DNA of 64,000 nt from Bacteroidia bacterium (GTDB taxonomy: Bacteria; Bacteroidota; Bacteroidia; NS11-12g; UBA955): the NCBI GenBank assembly GCA_041690035.1, contig JBDNFC010000060.1, positions 12,503-76,502 of the forward strand. The letters run 5' to 3'. The notes beneath the pieces were generated by a model, which was not told the DNA's origin, did no database searches, and saw only the letters and a program-made list of their open reading frames with translations. This document shows positions 50,285 through 60,394 of this stretch, one piece after another (the stretch's first letter is position 1; the number at the start of each line of letters is the position of its first letter). The translations under genes and the position numbers were made by a program.

Positions 50285-52237
50285 TTACTGTTTTTCAAAA
50301 ATAACTTGCAAATCTTTTAATAAATATGCTGCATTATAAACTTCAAGAAAATTATCAATTTCTTTTTTGTTAAAATTTGCCTTAAAAAAAGATTCTTTGA
50401 TAGTAAGTTCTAATCTATTACCAAGTAATTTGGCACTCATTTCAAAAATCATTGCATTTTTTAATCCGTCAGCGGTAAATGTTTTATTTAGATTTAGATT
50501 ATTTAGGTTGCTCACTTTATAACCTGCAGGAATGCCTATACTTATAGTTTTTAACTTTACATGTCCATAATCTACGTCTGGATTGCCAATATTTTTAGGC
50601 TTTTCTTGTATTTTTTTTGAATCATTAATAAAACTACCTACATTTAGTGCAATTTTATTGCCATTTTCTGCAACAACAGATTTAGATGAAAAGGAATACC
50701 TCACTCCTACAGGATTTTCTAAAACAGACTTGTCAAGTTTAATACTATCCAAATCACCTTCAATAAAAACAGCATCATCCAAACGGTATTTACACAGGCC
50801 TGTAAAGAGATCTTCGCGGCCTTCATAGTCAATATCTTTTAGGAAATCATGATAGGATATGGCATTGTAACCCCCTATTTTTTCCTCAATTTTTATTATG
50901 GCATTTTTTGTGTCTTCTAAATTGATATCTACATTTTGAGTAACAAAGTTTTTATTTGCGGGTAGGCCAGGTATAGAATCTATATAAGCCTTTGCTGCTT
51001 TAAAATCATTAACCCCGAACTCTGTAAAAAATACGGCATTGCGCTCTCTAAATGATGGGTTAAACAAATTCATAGGTTTATTTACATTATTTGGCATAAT
51101 AAAACCCTCATGCACCGGAAAATAAAACAACATTTCACCGATATAGGTAAGATTTTCATAAGTTTGATCAAAGGGAACATAAAACCTAGAAGTCATAAAA
51201 CATAGTTCGTATTTTATATCAAAATGGGTGAAAAAAGCAGCATAAATTTTTGCAATCACATTGCTAGATCCCCTTTTATTTTTCAGTGCAATTTCTAAAT
51301 CATTACCAGAAAAATACGATCTTTTAAACTCCTTTTTCATATACTTTTCTATTTCTAGAATTAGGTCTAAACCACTTTTTTTGGTAAACAATTTATTCTT
51401 TTTTATAAAGTTTTTGATGATTTTTTTTTCGTCATCAGTAGCAGTCATCACAGATTTATATTTTGCTTTTGCTTCTGCTGAATAATTCAATAATTCTTCG
51501 GTTTTACTTCTTAAATTATTTTTATATAATTTGTAGATAAAACTAACTCTATTGGCATTGGTAGCTGTTATTGCAGATTTAAAAAAAGCAGGTGTTTCTT
51601 TGATATTTACTGTTAGGTATTTTTTATCATCGCTTTCATCAGCCACAGCATCAGGACAACCGTTAAAACCCACTGCCTTAAATTCTAGATGATCTGGAGT
51701 GATAATATTGTACTCATAATTATACAATGGTACAAATTTTTGAATAAATTCTACTCCAAAAAAATCATCATTAGAAATGGAATACCTTTTAGAAACACAT
51801 ATATACTCTAGCTCACAATTAGAGTCTAAATCTTCTATAGCGCCATTGTTGCTATAGCTATCATCATCATCATTCGTTTTTTTAATTGTGCTGTGGTCTG
51901 CTATTGTGCCATCAGCCCTAATTATTCTATACTGCAATTTATTAATCTGCCCTTCCTGTTTAATTTTTTTAAATTCATTAATTCCTTTCATATTGCTTAT
52001 TCGCACAAATGCATGCACTGCAATGTATGACTCTAATTCATTTTTTGTTTTATTCATAAATAATTGATGATTTTCTTCATAGCTTCTAAAATGATAATCA
52101 AAGTTTTTTAAATCTTCTTCATTGCAAGTGTCCATGGCTGTTTTTTTGGAGAGTTTCCAATCATCATGATCTAATATTTGTGCATCGGTAAAAAAAACAA
52201 TTGCACAGAAAATAATGGTTAATGGTATTTTTTTCAT
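50285..52237 (-). CDS. Secreted hypothetical protein of 650 aa (DUF3857-like?)
   Basis: It has a signal peptide, MKKIPLTIIFCAIVFFTDAQ, and no catalytic motif was recognised. It is translationally coupled by a 4-nt overlap to the upstream MORN-repeat gene. Confidence 0.5.
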   Translation of the reverse strand: MKKIPLTIIFCAIVFFTDAQILDHDDWKLSKKTAMDTCNEEDLKNFDYHFRSYEENHQLFMNKTKNELESYIAVHAFVRISNMKGINEFKKIKQEGQINKLQYRIIRADGTIADHSTIKKTNDDDDSYSNNGAIEDLDSNCELEYICVSKRYSISNDDFFGVEFIQKFVPLYNYEYNIITPDHLEFKAVGFNGCPDAVADESDDKKYLTVNIKETPAFFKSAITATNANRVSFIYKLYKNNLRSKTEELLNYSAEAKAKYKSVMTATDDEKKIIKNFIKKNKLFTKKSGLDLILEIEKYMKKEFKRSYFSGNDLEIALKNKRGSSNVIAKIYAAFFTHFDIKYELCFMTSRFYVPFDQTYENLTYIGEMLFYFPVHEGFIMPNNVNKPMNLFNPSFRERNAVFFTEFGVNDFKAAKAYIDSIPGLPANKNFVTQNVDINLEDTKNAIIKIEEKIGGYNAISYHDFLKDIDYEGREDLFTGLCKYRLDDAVFIEGDLDSIKLDKSVLENPVGVRYSFSSKSVVAENGNKIALNVGSFINDSKKIQEKPKNIGNPDVDYGHVKLKTISIGIPAGYKVSNLNNLNLNKTFTADGLKNAMIFEMSAKLLGNRLELTIKESFFKANFNKKEIDNFLEVYNAAYLLKDLQVIFEKQ

Positions 52238-55200
52238 AGTTTGGTGTGTATTAAATTATTATTATAGTAGTAAAAGGTTTTAAGTTTATTGTCAGCGCTA
52301 TCTAAAAGTATAACCGTGCCGTGCAAGATGTCATTTTTATATTGTTTGCTAAAGACAAGATTGTTTTTTTCGTCATAGCATATATTACTTCCATCGCGCA
52401 CCCCAAAATTATAGCTTTCTATTTCATGTATACTTCCATTTTCATAAAAAGTAGTGTCTGAGCCATTAATTTCGTTATTTTCATAAAATCTTACTTGGGC
52501 TAGTTTACCAGATTTATAAAATATTTGCCAATTACTATCCAATGTACCATAGCTAATGCTAAAAATAGATTTATTGCTGCCATCTAAATTTTTAAAATTA
52601 AACTTTTGAACTTCTTTATTTATTTGTTGCAAAGCATTTTCTGACTCCCCAATTCTAACAATTTTTCCATCTTTGTAATCTGCTACATACACTAAATTGC
52701 CATCAGGAGCATACCTAAACTGCAATCCATTTAATGCTCCATTTGCATGGGTAGATTTTACTTGAAAATTGCCATTAGGATAATAAAATGTAGAAACACC
52801 ATTTCTTTCATTATCCTCAAATTTACATTCATATTGTTTAACACCATTTTGCTGATGATACATTATTTGACTTACAAAATTGCCTTTTTCATATTCATTT
52901 TCTTCCAACAATTTTCCTAAAGCATCTCTTCTAATAAGTTTTCCGTCAATATCTCCTGCCATATAATTTAATTCTAAAACAACAGTTTTACCTGCATAAC
53001 CCAAGCCTTTTCCTATAGCCTCATTATGTATAAAATTTGTTTTAAATATTGTATCTCCGAGTATATTTAACTCATAATATATTTTACCAAGCGGGTTTAC
53101 AAAATGTGAAGTATCTATCGCTTTTTCTAAACTGTCGTAGCTCACTCGGTAATAGTTCCACCCTTTTTTTATATATGTGGTATATTCCAAACCACCTGCA
53201 CAGGTATACCAATGCTGTAAGCCTTCTATTTTGTCATTTTTGTAAAACGATTTTGACTTTAAGGTACCATTCATAAAGTAATATAGCCACTCTCCTACTT
53301 TATCACCATTTTTATATTTTCCGCTTTGATTTTTTTTACCGCTTTCATGGTATGCAATATAATCCCCTGTCAAACGACCCTTATCATAGTAATATTCAGC
53401 AGATTTAAGGCCATTACTATGGTAAAATACTGTTTTCCCGTCATACAAACCTTTGTCATACATTACAGATTTATAAAGTGCGCCTTGTTCATCATAATAT
53501 TTCCATTCTTCTGTGGAAATTCCCATAGCCAATTTTCCAGAAATATACAATTTTCCATCAGGATACTTTGCCTTTAGTTCTACTGTTTTTTTTGTATTTA
53601 TATCTTCTAGACTATAAATCACTTTGCCGTTTTCATCAAAATTCTTGTAAGATACTAAAGCCCCTGCCTTATAAACCTCTTCTGTGGCTACTTTTCCGTT
53701 TTTAAAAGACTTTTGAAGTCCATCAAAATTATCTTTCTTAAAATTAGAAGATTTTATTAAAATACTGTTTTCATAAGCTAAACTTGGCCCTTCTAATAGT
53801 CCTTTTGCATAATTGGTTTCATTAGTAACATTGCCTTTCATATCATATTCTATCCATTTACCCACTTTATCTCCTGCCTTGTACTTTCCGGTTTCCGCTA
53901 TTTTTCCATTGTTGTAATAATCTGTAGTAATGCCATCTTGTTGATTATCTTTAAAAGTACTTTCAAATGTTTTGACGCCATGTTTGGTATAATAGGTATA
54001 AGGCCCTTTTTTAGCTTTACCTATTAGTTCACCTTGAGTATAGATAGTGCCATTTTGAAAATACTCCTTTTGAAAACTAACTTTTTTAGGGTTGCTGTTG
54101 TAGTAATAAACCATAATAGGGCTGCCATCAGGATTAAAGGTATAGTTAGAATCTACTAAATTTTCTTTTTTATCAAAATTAAATTTAGAGATTATCATCC
54201 CGTTTTCTTCATAGTCTGTATTAGAAATCAAAACATCCTTGCTATACAAGCCACGTTCAATTATTTTTCCTTCGGGATTAAGATTGGTATAATCTCCCTC
54301 TCTTTTACCATCACTATAATTTAATGTTGTAACTACATTATTATTGATATTGTATAATTGCCAAAATCCGTTTCTATTGCTTTTAATGTGCTCATTAGTA
54401 TTATCTATTAAATTGCCTGTGGCAAAAAACAGTAAATCGTTAGCTCTAAATCTTCGTTGCGAGGGATAAATACTTGCCTTATCTTTTATTCTAATTTCCT
54501 CATCCAATTCACTAAGTTTTGTAATAATTTTTACCCTTGATGCGCTAACTTCTGCTAAGCCTTTAGAACTTGCATGATATTTATTGCCCTCTTCGTTATT
54601 AATCACACCTAGAATAGAGAATTGAAAAGGTTTCATATATTTAACATCCTTATGCATAGCTATTAAAATATTAGCCAAATAATGCTGGTAGATTGTATAG
54701 TCTGCATCTGTCTGTTTAGGTTTTTTTTCTTTTTCTAAACTTTCTACCATAATTTGCCCTTGTTTGGCAAATTTCCAATTTAAGTCTATTCTAGACTTAT
54801 ACCTTGCATCTAATCCCATTTTATTACTTAAAACATCATCTGTAGCGCTAAAATAATTTTTTATCCTAAAACTAGGATTCAAAGATTTTACTGCTTCTAT
54901 TTTCTCATAATCTTTTAAAGAAGTTTCTTCGCCATCCCAATTAAATGGAAAATTCTTTTGTTCATAGCTTCCTACAGAGGTACCTTCAAGTTTTCTCAAC
55001 AAATTTACTGTTTTGGACGAAAAACGTTTTATTTGAAACTTAGCATATAAACTTAGGTAAAACGCCATATTCGCTTGCGTAAAATTGCCTTGTCTTGCAT
55101 TTATTTCACCCAAATTTTCTAATAATCCGTCATGCATTGGATTAATGCTTAAACCCTGTATGATATACTTATATGCAACACTGTCATCACCTACCATTAA

Positions 55201-55626
55201 AAGATTCTTGGTATAATTATCTAATATATCCATGTTTTGAGGATAGATAGTTAAGCCTTCTTCTAATATAATATTAGCTTCCTTGTGTTTCTTATCATAA
55301 AAACCATAAATACCTGCAAGTTTGTAAAAAGTAGCACGATCTTTTCCCATTTTATTTTGGGCAAATTTAGTAGCAGTAGCCATTGCATCACCGTATTTTT
55401 GCTGAATGCGGTATATTTCTGTAAGATAATATCCTCCTAATTCATAATCTTTATCGTTTAGTGTAATTGATAATAACTCTTGCTCTGCTTTACCGTACAT
55501 TTTTTTTCCTGCATAGCTAATTGCATCAAATATTGGATTGTTACCTATGCTTTGGGTAAGCGTTATTTTTGAAATGAGAACTATTAATAATAAAAGACTG
55601 TTCTTAATTAAGGAATTAGTTTGCAT
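52234..55626 (-). CDS. An 1130-aa TPR plus MORN-repeat-variant (YwqK-family) repeat protein, secreted
   Basis: It has a signal peptide and an N-terminal TPR-like region. More than 20 repeats of the G.W..Y..NG....E..Y.NG...G type are present, for example GKWIEYDMKGNVTNETNYAKGLLEG. Confidence 0.75.
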   Translation of the reverse strand: MQTNSLIKNSLLLLIVLISKITLTQSIGNNPIFDAISYAGKKMYGKAEQELLSITLNDKDYELGGYYLTEIYRIQQKYGDAMATATKFAQNKMGKDRATFYKLAGIYGFYDKKHKEANIILEEGLTIYPQNMDILDNYTKNLLMVGDDSVAYKYIIQGLSINPMHDGLLENLGEINARQGNFTQANMAFYLSLYAKFQIKRFSSKTVNLLRKLEGTSVGSYEQKNFPFNWDGEETSLKDYEKIEAVKSLNPSFRIKNYFSATDDVLSNKMGLDARYKSRIDLNWKFAKQGQIMVESLEKEKKPKQTDADYTIYQHYLANILIAMHKDVKYMKPFQFSILGVINNEEGNKYHASSKGLAEVSASRVKIITKLSELDEEIRIKDKASIYPSQRRFRANDLLFFATGNLIDNTNEHIKSNRNGFWQLYNINNNVVTTLNYSDGKREGDYTNLNPEGKIIERGLYSKDVLISNTDYEENGMIISKFNFDKKENLVDSNYTFNPDGSPIMVYYYNSNPKKVSFQKEYFQNGTIYTQGELIGKAKKGPYTYYTKHGVKTFESTFKDNQQDGITTDYYNNGKIAETGKYKAGDKVGKWIEYDMKGNVTNETNYAKGLLEGPSLAYENSILIKSSNFKKDNFDGLQKSFKNGKVATEEVYKAGALVSYKNFDENGKVIYSLEDINTKKTVELKAKYPDGKLYISGKLAMGISTEEWKYYDEQGALYKSVMYDKGLYDGKTVFYHSNGLKSAEYYYDKGRLTGDYIAYHESGKKNQSGKYKNGDKVGEWLYYFMNGTLKSKSFYKNDKIEGLQHWYTCAGGLEYTTYIKKGWNYYRVSYDSLEKAIDTSHFVNPLGKIYYELNILGDTIFKTNFIHNEAIGKGLGYAGKTVVLELNYMAGDIDGKLIRRDALGKLLEENEYEKGNFVSQIMYHQQNGVKQYECKFEDNERNGVSTFYYPNGNFQVKSTHANGALNGLQFRYAPDGNLVYVADYKDGKIVRIGESENALQQINKEVQKFNFKNLDGSNKSIFSISYGTLDSNWQIFYKSGKLAQVRFYENNEINGSDTTFYENGSIHEIESYNFGVRDGSNICYDEKNNLVFSKQYKNDILHGTVILLDSADNKLKTFYYYNNNLIHTKL

Positions 55627-55839
55627 AATTTTTTTTTTAAAATTTGTGCTAAGGTAGTATGCCGCAATAAAATAAAAAATAATATTTTTTGATTACTAGC
55701 TCAAACATGCCTTATATTATTGTTATTCAGCACATTATGAAATAATATTTTTTATATAATAAAATTTTTAATATAATAAAATGTAAAATTACAAAAAAAA
55801 TTGCAGCTACATAGGCTAAAGTATTACTTTTGAACTCTC

Positions 55840-56562
55840 ATGAGCAGTATTAAATACAAACGAATTTTACTAAAATTAAGTGGAGAAGCACTGTTAGGAA
55901 ATAAAGAATATGGAATAGATGCCAACGTGCTAGAGCAATATGCCAATGAAATAAAAACTGTTGTAGCTTTGGGTACAGAAGTAGCAATAGTTATAGGTGG
56001 GGGCAACATTTTTAGAGGAGTTCAGGGTGTAGAAGGAGGTATTGCAGATAGGGCACAATCAGATTATATGGGCATGCTTGCTACTGTCATAAATGCAATG
56101 GCATTGCAAGGTGCATTAGAAAAACTAGATATTTTTACCCGATTACTTACTGCTATAAAAATGGAACAAATTGCAGAGCCTTTTATCAGACGCAGGGCAA
56201 TAAGGCACCTAGAAAAAGGCAGGGTAGTAATTTTTGGGGCCGGCACAGGCAATCCATATTTTACTACAGATACTGCGGCAGCGCTTAGGGCAGTAGAGAT
56301 AGAAGCAGATGTAATACTTAAAGGTACCCGCGTAGATGGTGTTTTTTCTGCCGATCCAGAAAAAGATAGCACTGCCACTAAATTCGATGAAATATCTTAT
56401 AAAGAAGTATATCAGAGAAATTTAAAAATTATGGATCTTACTGCTATTACCCTTTGTCAAGAAAATAATTTGCCCATTATCGTTTTTGACATGAACAAGA
56501 TAGGGAATCTTAAAAACCTAATTGAAGGAATCAAGGTGGGCACTTTGGTGAATGCTAATTAA
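55840..56562 (+). CDS. pyrH: UMP kinase
   Basis: It has [10 protein letters not shown] and [11 protein letters not shown], and is 240 aa. Confidence 0.92.
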   Translation: MSSIKYKRILLKLSGEALLGNKEYGIDANVLEQYANEIKTVVALGTEVAIVIGGGNIFRGVQGVEGGIADRAQSDYMGMLATVINAMALQGALEKLDIFTRLLTAIKMEQIAEPFIRRRAIRHLEKGRVVIFGAGTGNPYFTTDTAAALRAVEIEADVILKGTRVDGVFSADPEKDSTATKFDEISYKEVYQRNLKIMDLTAITLCQENNLPIIVFDMNKIGNLKNLIEGIKVGTLVNAN

Positions 56563-56573
56563 GCTATTTTAAT

Positions 56574-57215
56574 TTATTGGCTTGCCAAAAATGTATAAAC
56601 AATTATAGTAATACCAATAATCACAAAAAGTGTATTAATAGAAAAAGATATGCTTTTTAAAATTGCATCTTTTCTATCACTAATTAAAGTCGAAAAAACT
56701 TTTTTAGCCAAATATGCAATACCTATTTCTGTAATTAGTATAGCAAATATGCACCCTATAAAAAAAATCCAAAAATGACCTTGAGGAGTGCCCTTAGTAA
56801 TTAAGAATGATTGAAGGCTGAGCCAAGCAAAAAAGTTTACAGGATTAGTGCCATTGAGCAAAGCCCCTTTTAAAACCAGTTTTATAGGATATAACCGCAT
56901 TGCCACACCATTATTTGCATTATTCTTAAACTTTTTATATCCCAATAATCCTAACAAAATAATTAAGCCACCACTCAAGAGTCGAATTGTTTGGGTATTG
57001 CTTTTAATAAACGTGGCCGTTATTTCTGTAAAGGCAAAAGCAGCAAGAATAAAAATAATATCCGTAATAATTACTCCCAAACCAATGTACAGACCTGCTT
57101 TATAGCCAAATAGCAAGCCATCATTAAGTAAAGCAAAAAAAACAGTGCCTAGCATAAGGCTTATAACCAAACCAGCACCAAAACCAACAAAAAAACTTAA
57201 TACTAAATCTATCAC
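56574..57215 (-). CDS. LysE/RhtB-family amino-acid exporter
   Basis: The 213-aa ORF has six TM helices and a typical LysE-type N-terminus. Confidence 0.65.
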   Translation of the reverse strand: MIDLVLSFFVGFGAGLVISLMLGTVFFALLNDGLLFGYKAGLYIGLGVIITDIIFILAAFAFTEITATFIKSNTQTIRLLSGGLIILLGLLGYKKFKNNANNGVAMRLYPIKLVLKGALLNGTNPVNFFAWLSLQSFLITKGTPQGHFWIFFIGCIFAILITEIGIAYLAKKVFSTLISDRKDAILKSISFSINTLFVIIGITIIVYTFLASQ

Positions 57216-57375
57216 TTACAATATTTTATTTGCATTACAAAAAAACCACAAAATTTAAGAATAGGCAACTCTTTTTTTGAAATCTATAATATAATACTAA
57301 AATTAAATTAACTTTATTAATAATAATTTGGTTTATTGAACATTATTGTTTTAATTTGTGTTTAACAATTTAAAA

Positions 57376-57600
57376 ATGAAAAAAATGAAAAAAATGAATG
57401 TTTTAGTAATTATTGCTATCGCAACCCTAAGTTTAGTTGCTTGCAAAAAAGACAGAGTATGCGAATGCACAAGTGATGGGAAAACTTTTAAAGTTACTTT
57501 AGTTGATGCAACTAAACGTCAAGGCCAAGCCAATTGTGTAAGCACAACTAGTGATAATGGAAATGGCACTGTAGATAAAGAAGAATGTAAACTAAAATAA
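57376..57600 (+). CDS. Cys-rich mini-lipoprotein, paralog A
   Basis: It has a lipobox (LSLVAC), then CKKDRVCECTS...C...C. The start lies inside an ATGAAAAAA-ATGAAAAAA-ATG repeat. Confidence 0.6.
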   Translation: MKKMKKMNVLVIIAIATLSLVACKKDRVCECTSDGKTFKVTLVDATKRQGQANCVSTTSDNGNGTVDKEECKLK

Positions 57601-57611
57601 TTAATCATTAT

Positions 57612-57830
57612 ATGAAAAAATATATAACTTTATCAATTATCGCCTTTGTCTCTACTTTTTTCTTGTTTAGTTGTAAAAAAGATAGGGTATGTGAATGCAC
57701 CTCTGGCTCTCAAACTTCTAAGATCACATTTAATGATGTGTCTAAAAGAAATGCAAAAGATGCTTGTGTTTCAAGATCTTTTGATGTTGGAAATGGCCAA
57801 AGTATTAAATTTGATTGCAAATTAAAATAA
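57612..57830 (+). CDS. Cys-rich mini-lipoprotein, paralog B
   Basis: It has a lipobox (LFSC) and CKKDRVCECTS...C...CKLK, with the same Cys spacing as paralog A. Confidence 0.6.
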   Translation: MKKYITLSIIAFVSTFFLFSCKKDRVCECTSGSQTSKITFNDVSKRNAKDACVSRSFDVGNGQSIKFDCKLK

Positions 57831-57846
57831 AATATTAAATCGGCAT

Positions 57847-57883
57847 AAAAAACGCCTGAAAATTATTTCAGGCGTTTTTTTTA
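57847..57883 (+). terminator. Rho-independent terminator
   Basis: The hairpin AACGCCTGAAA-atta-TTTCAGGCGTT is followed by TTTTTTTT. Confidence 0.7.
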
Positions 57884-57894
57884 TGTAAAATTGC

Positions 57895-58830
57895 ATGATG
57901 TTTAATAACAAAATACTTATCCACTCTTTAAGTGCTTTATTGGGAATATTATTTATTTTTTCTGGTCTTTCTAAGTATTATCCTATTGAACCCTTTGAAT
58001 TTATTATAGTAGAAACTGGATTTGCAAGTTGGAAAGCAGCTGTAATTATAGCACGTTTTATTATAGTGGTAGAAATTGCTTTGGGTTTTTTATTGTTATT
58101 TTCTTATCAGTTAAAAATCATGAGCAGAATTGCTTTTGTACTTTTAACGATTTTCACGCTGCACTTATTATTTACCATTGCTTTATACGGTAATAAAGGC
58201 GATTGTGGTTGCTTTGGTGAAATATTACCTATGTCACCTTTGCAAGGTAGTATAAAAAACTTATTTTTAATTTTAATCAGTTATTTTTTAATAAAATCTA
58301 AATATCAATGGTGTTTAAGAATCAAATATATTCCTTTTTATATATTTACTTTATCGTTTGCGTTTGTTTTTTCTCAAAATGCAGTAGACTTTAATTATTC
58401 TGAAAATTATTTGAATAAAAAATTTGAAAATTTCAACCTTAATCTCGATACCATTTATAACAACACTAACTACGAAAAAATAGGGCAGGCGAAAGAGGAT
58501 ATTAGAAATAAAAAACTCATTTTAGCCTTTCTAAGTTCAGAATGTAATCATTGCAAAATAGCCGCTAAAAAATTAGGTATTATCAAAAAGTTAAATCCTT
58601 TCATTCCATTTTATTTTTTTATTAATGGCGATGATGCAGATATCACGAAATTCAAAAAAGAAAACAAGATTGAAAACATTAATTCTAGTAAACTAAATGG
58701 CGAAACATTTATTCAGCTTGCAGGTATTCATTTACCCATTATATACTACTACAATAAAGGATTAATTGAAAAACAAGTAGATTATTACACCTTAGAGCAA
58801 TACCATATTGAAGAATGGTTAAAAAAATAA
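57895..58830 (+). CDS. MauE/DoxX-like membrane domain fused to a thioredoxin-like domain (thiol-disulfide oxidoreductase)
   Basis: It has four TM helices with a GDCGCFG motif and a C-terminal thioredoxin-like CxxC (LSSECNHCKIAAKKLG). Confidence 0.65.
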   Translation: MMFNNKILIHSLSALLGILFIFSGLSKYYPIEPFEFIIVETGFASWKAAVIIARFIIVVEIALGFLLLFSYQLKIMSRIAFVLLTIFTLHLLFTIALYGNKGDCGCFGEILPMSPLQGSIKNLFLILISYFLIKSKYQWCLRIKYIPFYIFTLSFAFVFSQNAVDFNYSENYLNKKFENFNLNLDTIYNNTNYEKIGQAKEDIRNKKLILAFLSSECNHCKIAAKKLGIIKKLNPFIPFYFFINGDDADITKFKKENKIENINSSKLNGETFIQLAGIHLPIIYYYNKGLIEKQVDYYTLEQYHIEEWLKK

Positions 58831-58986
58831 TGCGCTAATAATTAGAGCATTGGGTAGTTAATAACTTTTTAAACCTGCAGTTGCGTAAATAATAAAAACA
58901 TGAGCAACAATTTTTTATTTTTTTTTAGTTATCAATTTTATGGTGTTTTATTTTTCAGAATCACTAATTAGATGCGGCTTAGGTTA

Positions 58987-60243
58987 TTATGGCTTTATCT
59001 TTAGTTTCATACCAATCACCAATGTGTTATCAGATAGCATATTCATTGATTTTATCTCATCTACACTAATATTGTATTTTTTACTAATGGCATAGAGAGT
59101 TTCACCACTTTTTACAATGTGATATTCAGCATTTTGTATGCCAATCTCTAAAATATTTTCAGGAACTTTTAACAATTGACCAAGCTGCAAATTATTACTT
59201 TGCAGTAAATTGATCTGTTTGAGGGTATCTATACTTGTATTATATTTTTTTGCAATGCTGTATAAAGATTCCCCTTCTGCCACCTCATGTATTTTTGTTT
59301 TTCCATCATACCTAAAGGCATTTTCTTTAGCCATTATATTTTCTAATAATTGGCTTTTATCTGTTTTTGGTTTTTCATCTGCTTTATACCTCATATTAAT
59401 TACTTGGCCAGCTAATGCTTCTTCGTCTGCCAAAATATGATTTAATTTTTTTAACCTTTTTAATTTAATGCCATTGGCCTGAGAAATAGACCATAAGTTT
59501 TCTCCAGATACAACAGTATGATAGGTATCTTCTGCCTTGCGTTTTTTTCTATTCAAATACACAATATCTCCGGGTGCAATAATTTGTCCGGGTTCAAGGT
59601 CATTCACTTTTCTCAACCTTTGAGCTGTTCGTGCATTTTGCAGGGCTATATCTTCTAAGGTTGTATTTGTTGTCATTTTTGTTGCTAAAATTCCATTATA
59701 ATGGCTCAACCCAGTATTTAGCCCCAATACCAAACTATCATATTTTGCCAAATTATACCTTTCAATCATGCCAATAAGCAATTGTGGATACTTAGGATTA
59801 GTGGCATAGCCCGCTTTTCTTAACCCTTCTGCCCAAGCCTTGTAATCACCTGTTTGATAATCAAATAAAAAAGCATAGCGTTGATTTTCAGTTAAAAAAA
59901 GGCCATGATCTTTAAAAGATTCTTCTGCATTTCTATAGGCCCTAAAACACTCACCAATAGTATCATCATCCTCTATAATAGTGCCACCAGTCCAGTTTTT
60001 TTTACATTTAATTCCAAAATGATTGTTCCCTTGGACAGCAAGCCTGCTATTGCCATAGCTGGACTCTAAGCAACCTTGAGCCAAAATAATACTGGCAGGT
60101 ATCTTATTTTTTTTCATTTGCTCCATTGCAATCTCTTTATATTTTTGAATATACTCTATAGGACTTTGTTTTTGAGCCAACAAAAAGTTATTTTTTGAAA
60201 AAATCAGTGTAATAAAAAGAATTAAAAGTCTATTGAATATCAT
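58987..60243 (-). CDS. Peptidoglycan hydrolase: N-acetylglucosaminidase domain with three LysM domains
   Basis: It has a signal peptide and a glucosaminidase region, ILAQGCLESSYGNS...NNHFGIK. Three LysM repeats follow (YHTVVSGENLWSI, HEVAEGESLYSIA, HIVKSGETLYAIS). Confidence 0.8.
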   Translation of the reverse strand: MIFNRLLILFITLIFSKNNFLLAQKQSPIEYIQKYKEIAMEQMKKNKIPASIILAQGCLESSYGNSRLAVQGNNHFGIKCKKNWTGGTIIEDDDTIGECFRAYRNAEESFKDHGLFLTENQRYAFLFDYQTGDYKAWAEGLRKAGYATNPKYPQLLIGMIERYNLAKYDSLVLGLNTGLSHYNGILATKMTTNTTLEDIALQNARTAQRLRKVNDLEPGQIIAPGDIVYLNRKKRKAEDTYHTVVSGENLWSISQANGIKLKRLKKLNHILADEEALAGQVINMRYKADEKPKTDKSQLLENIMAKENAFRYDGKTKIHEVAEGESLYSIAKKYNTSIDTLKQINLLQSNNLQLGQLLKVPENILEIGIQNAEYHIVKSGETLYAISKKYNISVDEIKSMNMLSDNTLVIGMKLKIKP

Positions 60244-60394
60244 TTTTTTAAGATTTATAAAATTATTTTTTTAGCCCAAAGCACTGTATTTATTGGTGCA
60301 AAATTAAATGAAAGCATATAAAGTGAAAATGTAATTTACCCACTATTATTTTTTGTTGCACCATATTGTGTACTTTTGTAAAAAAAATTAATAA

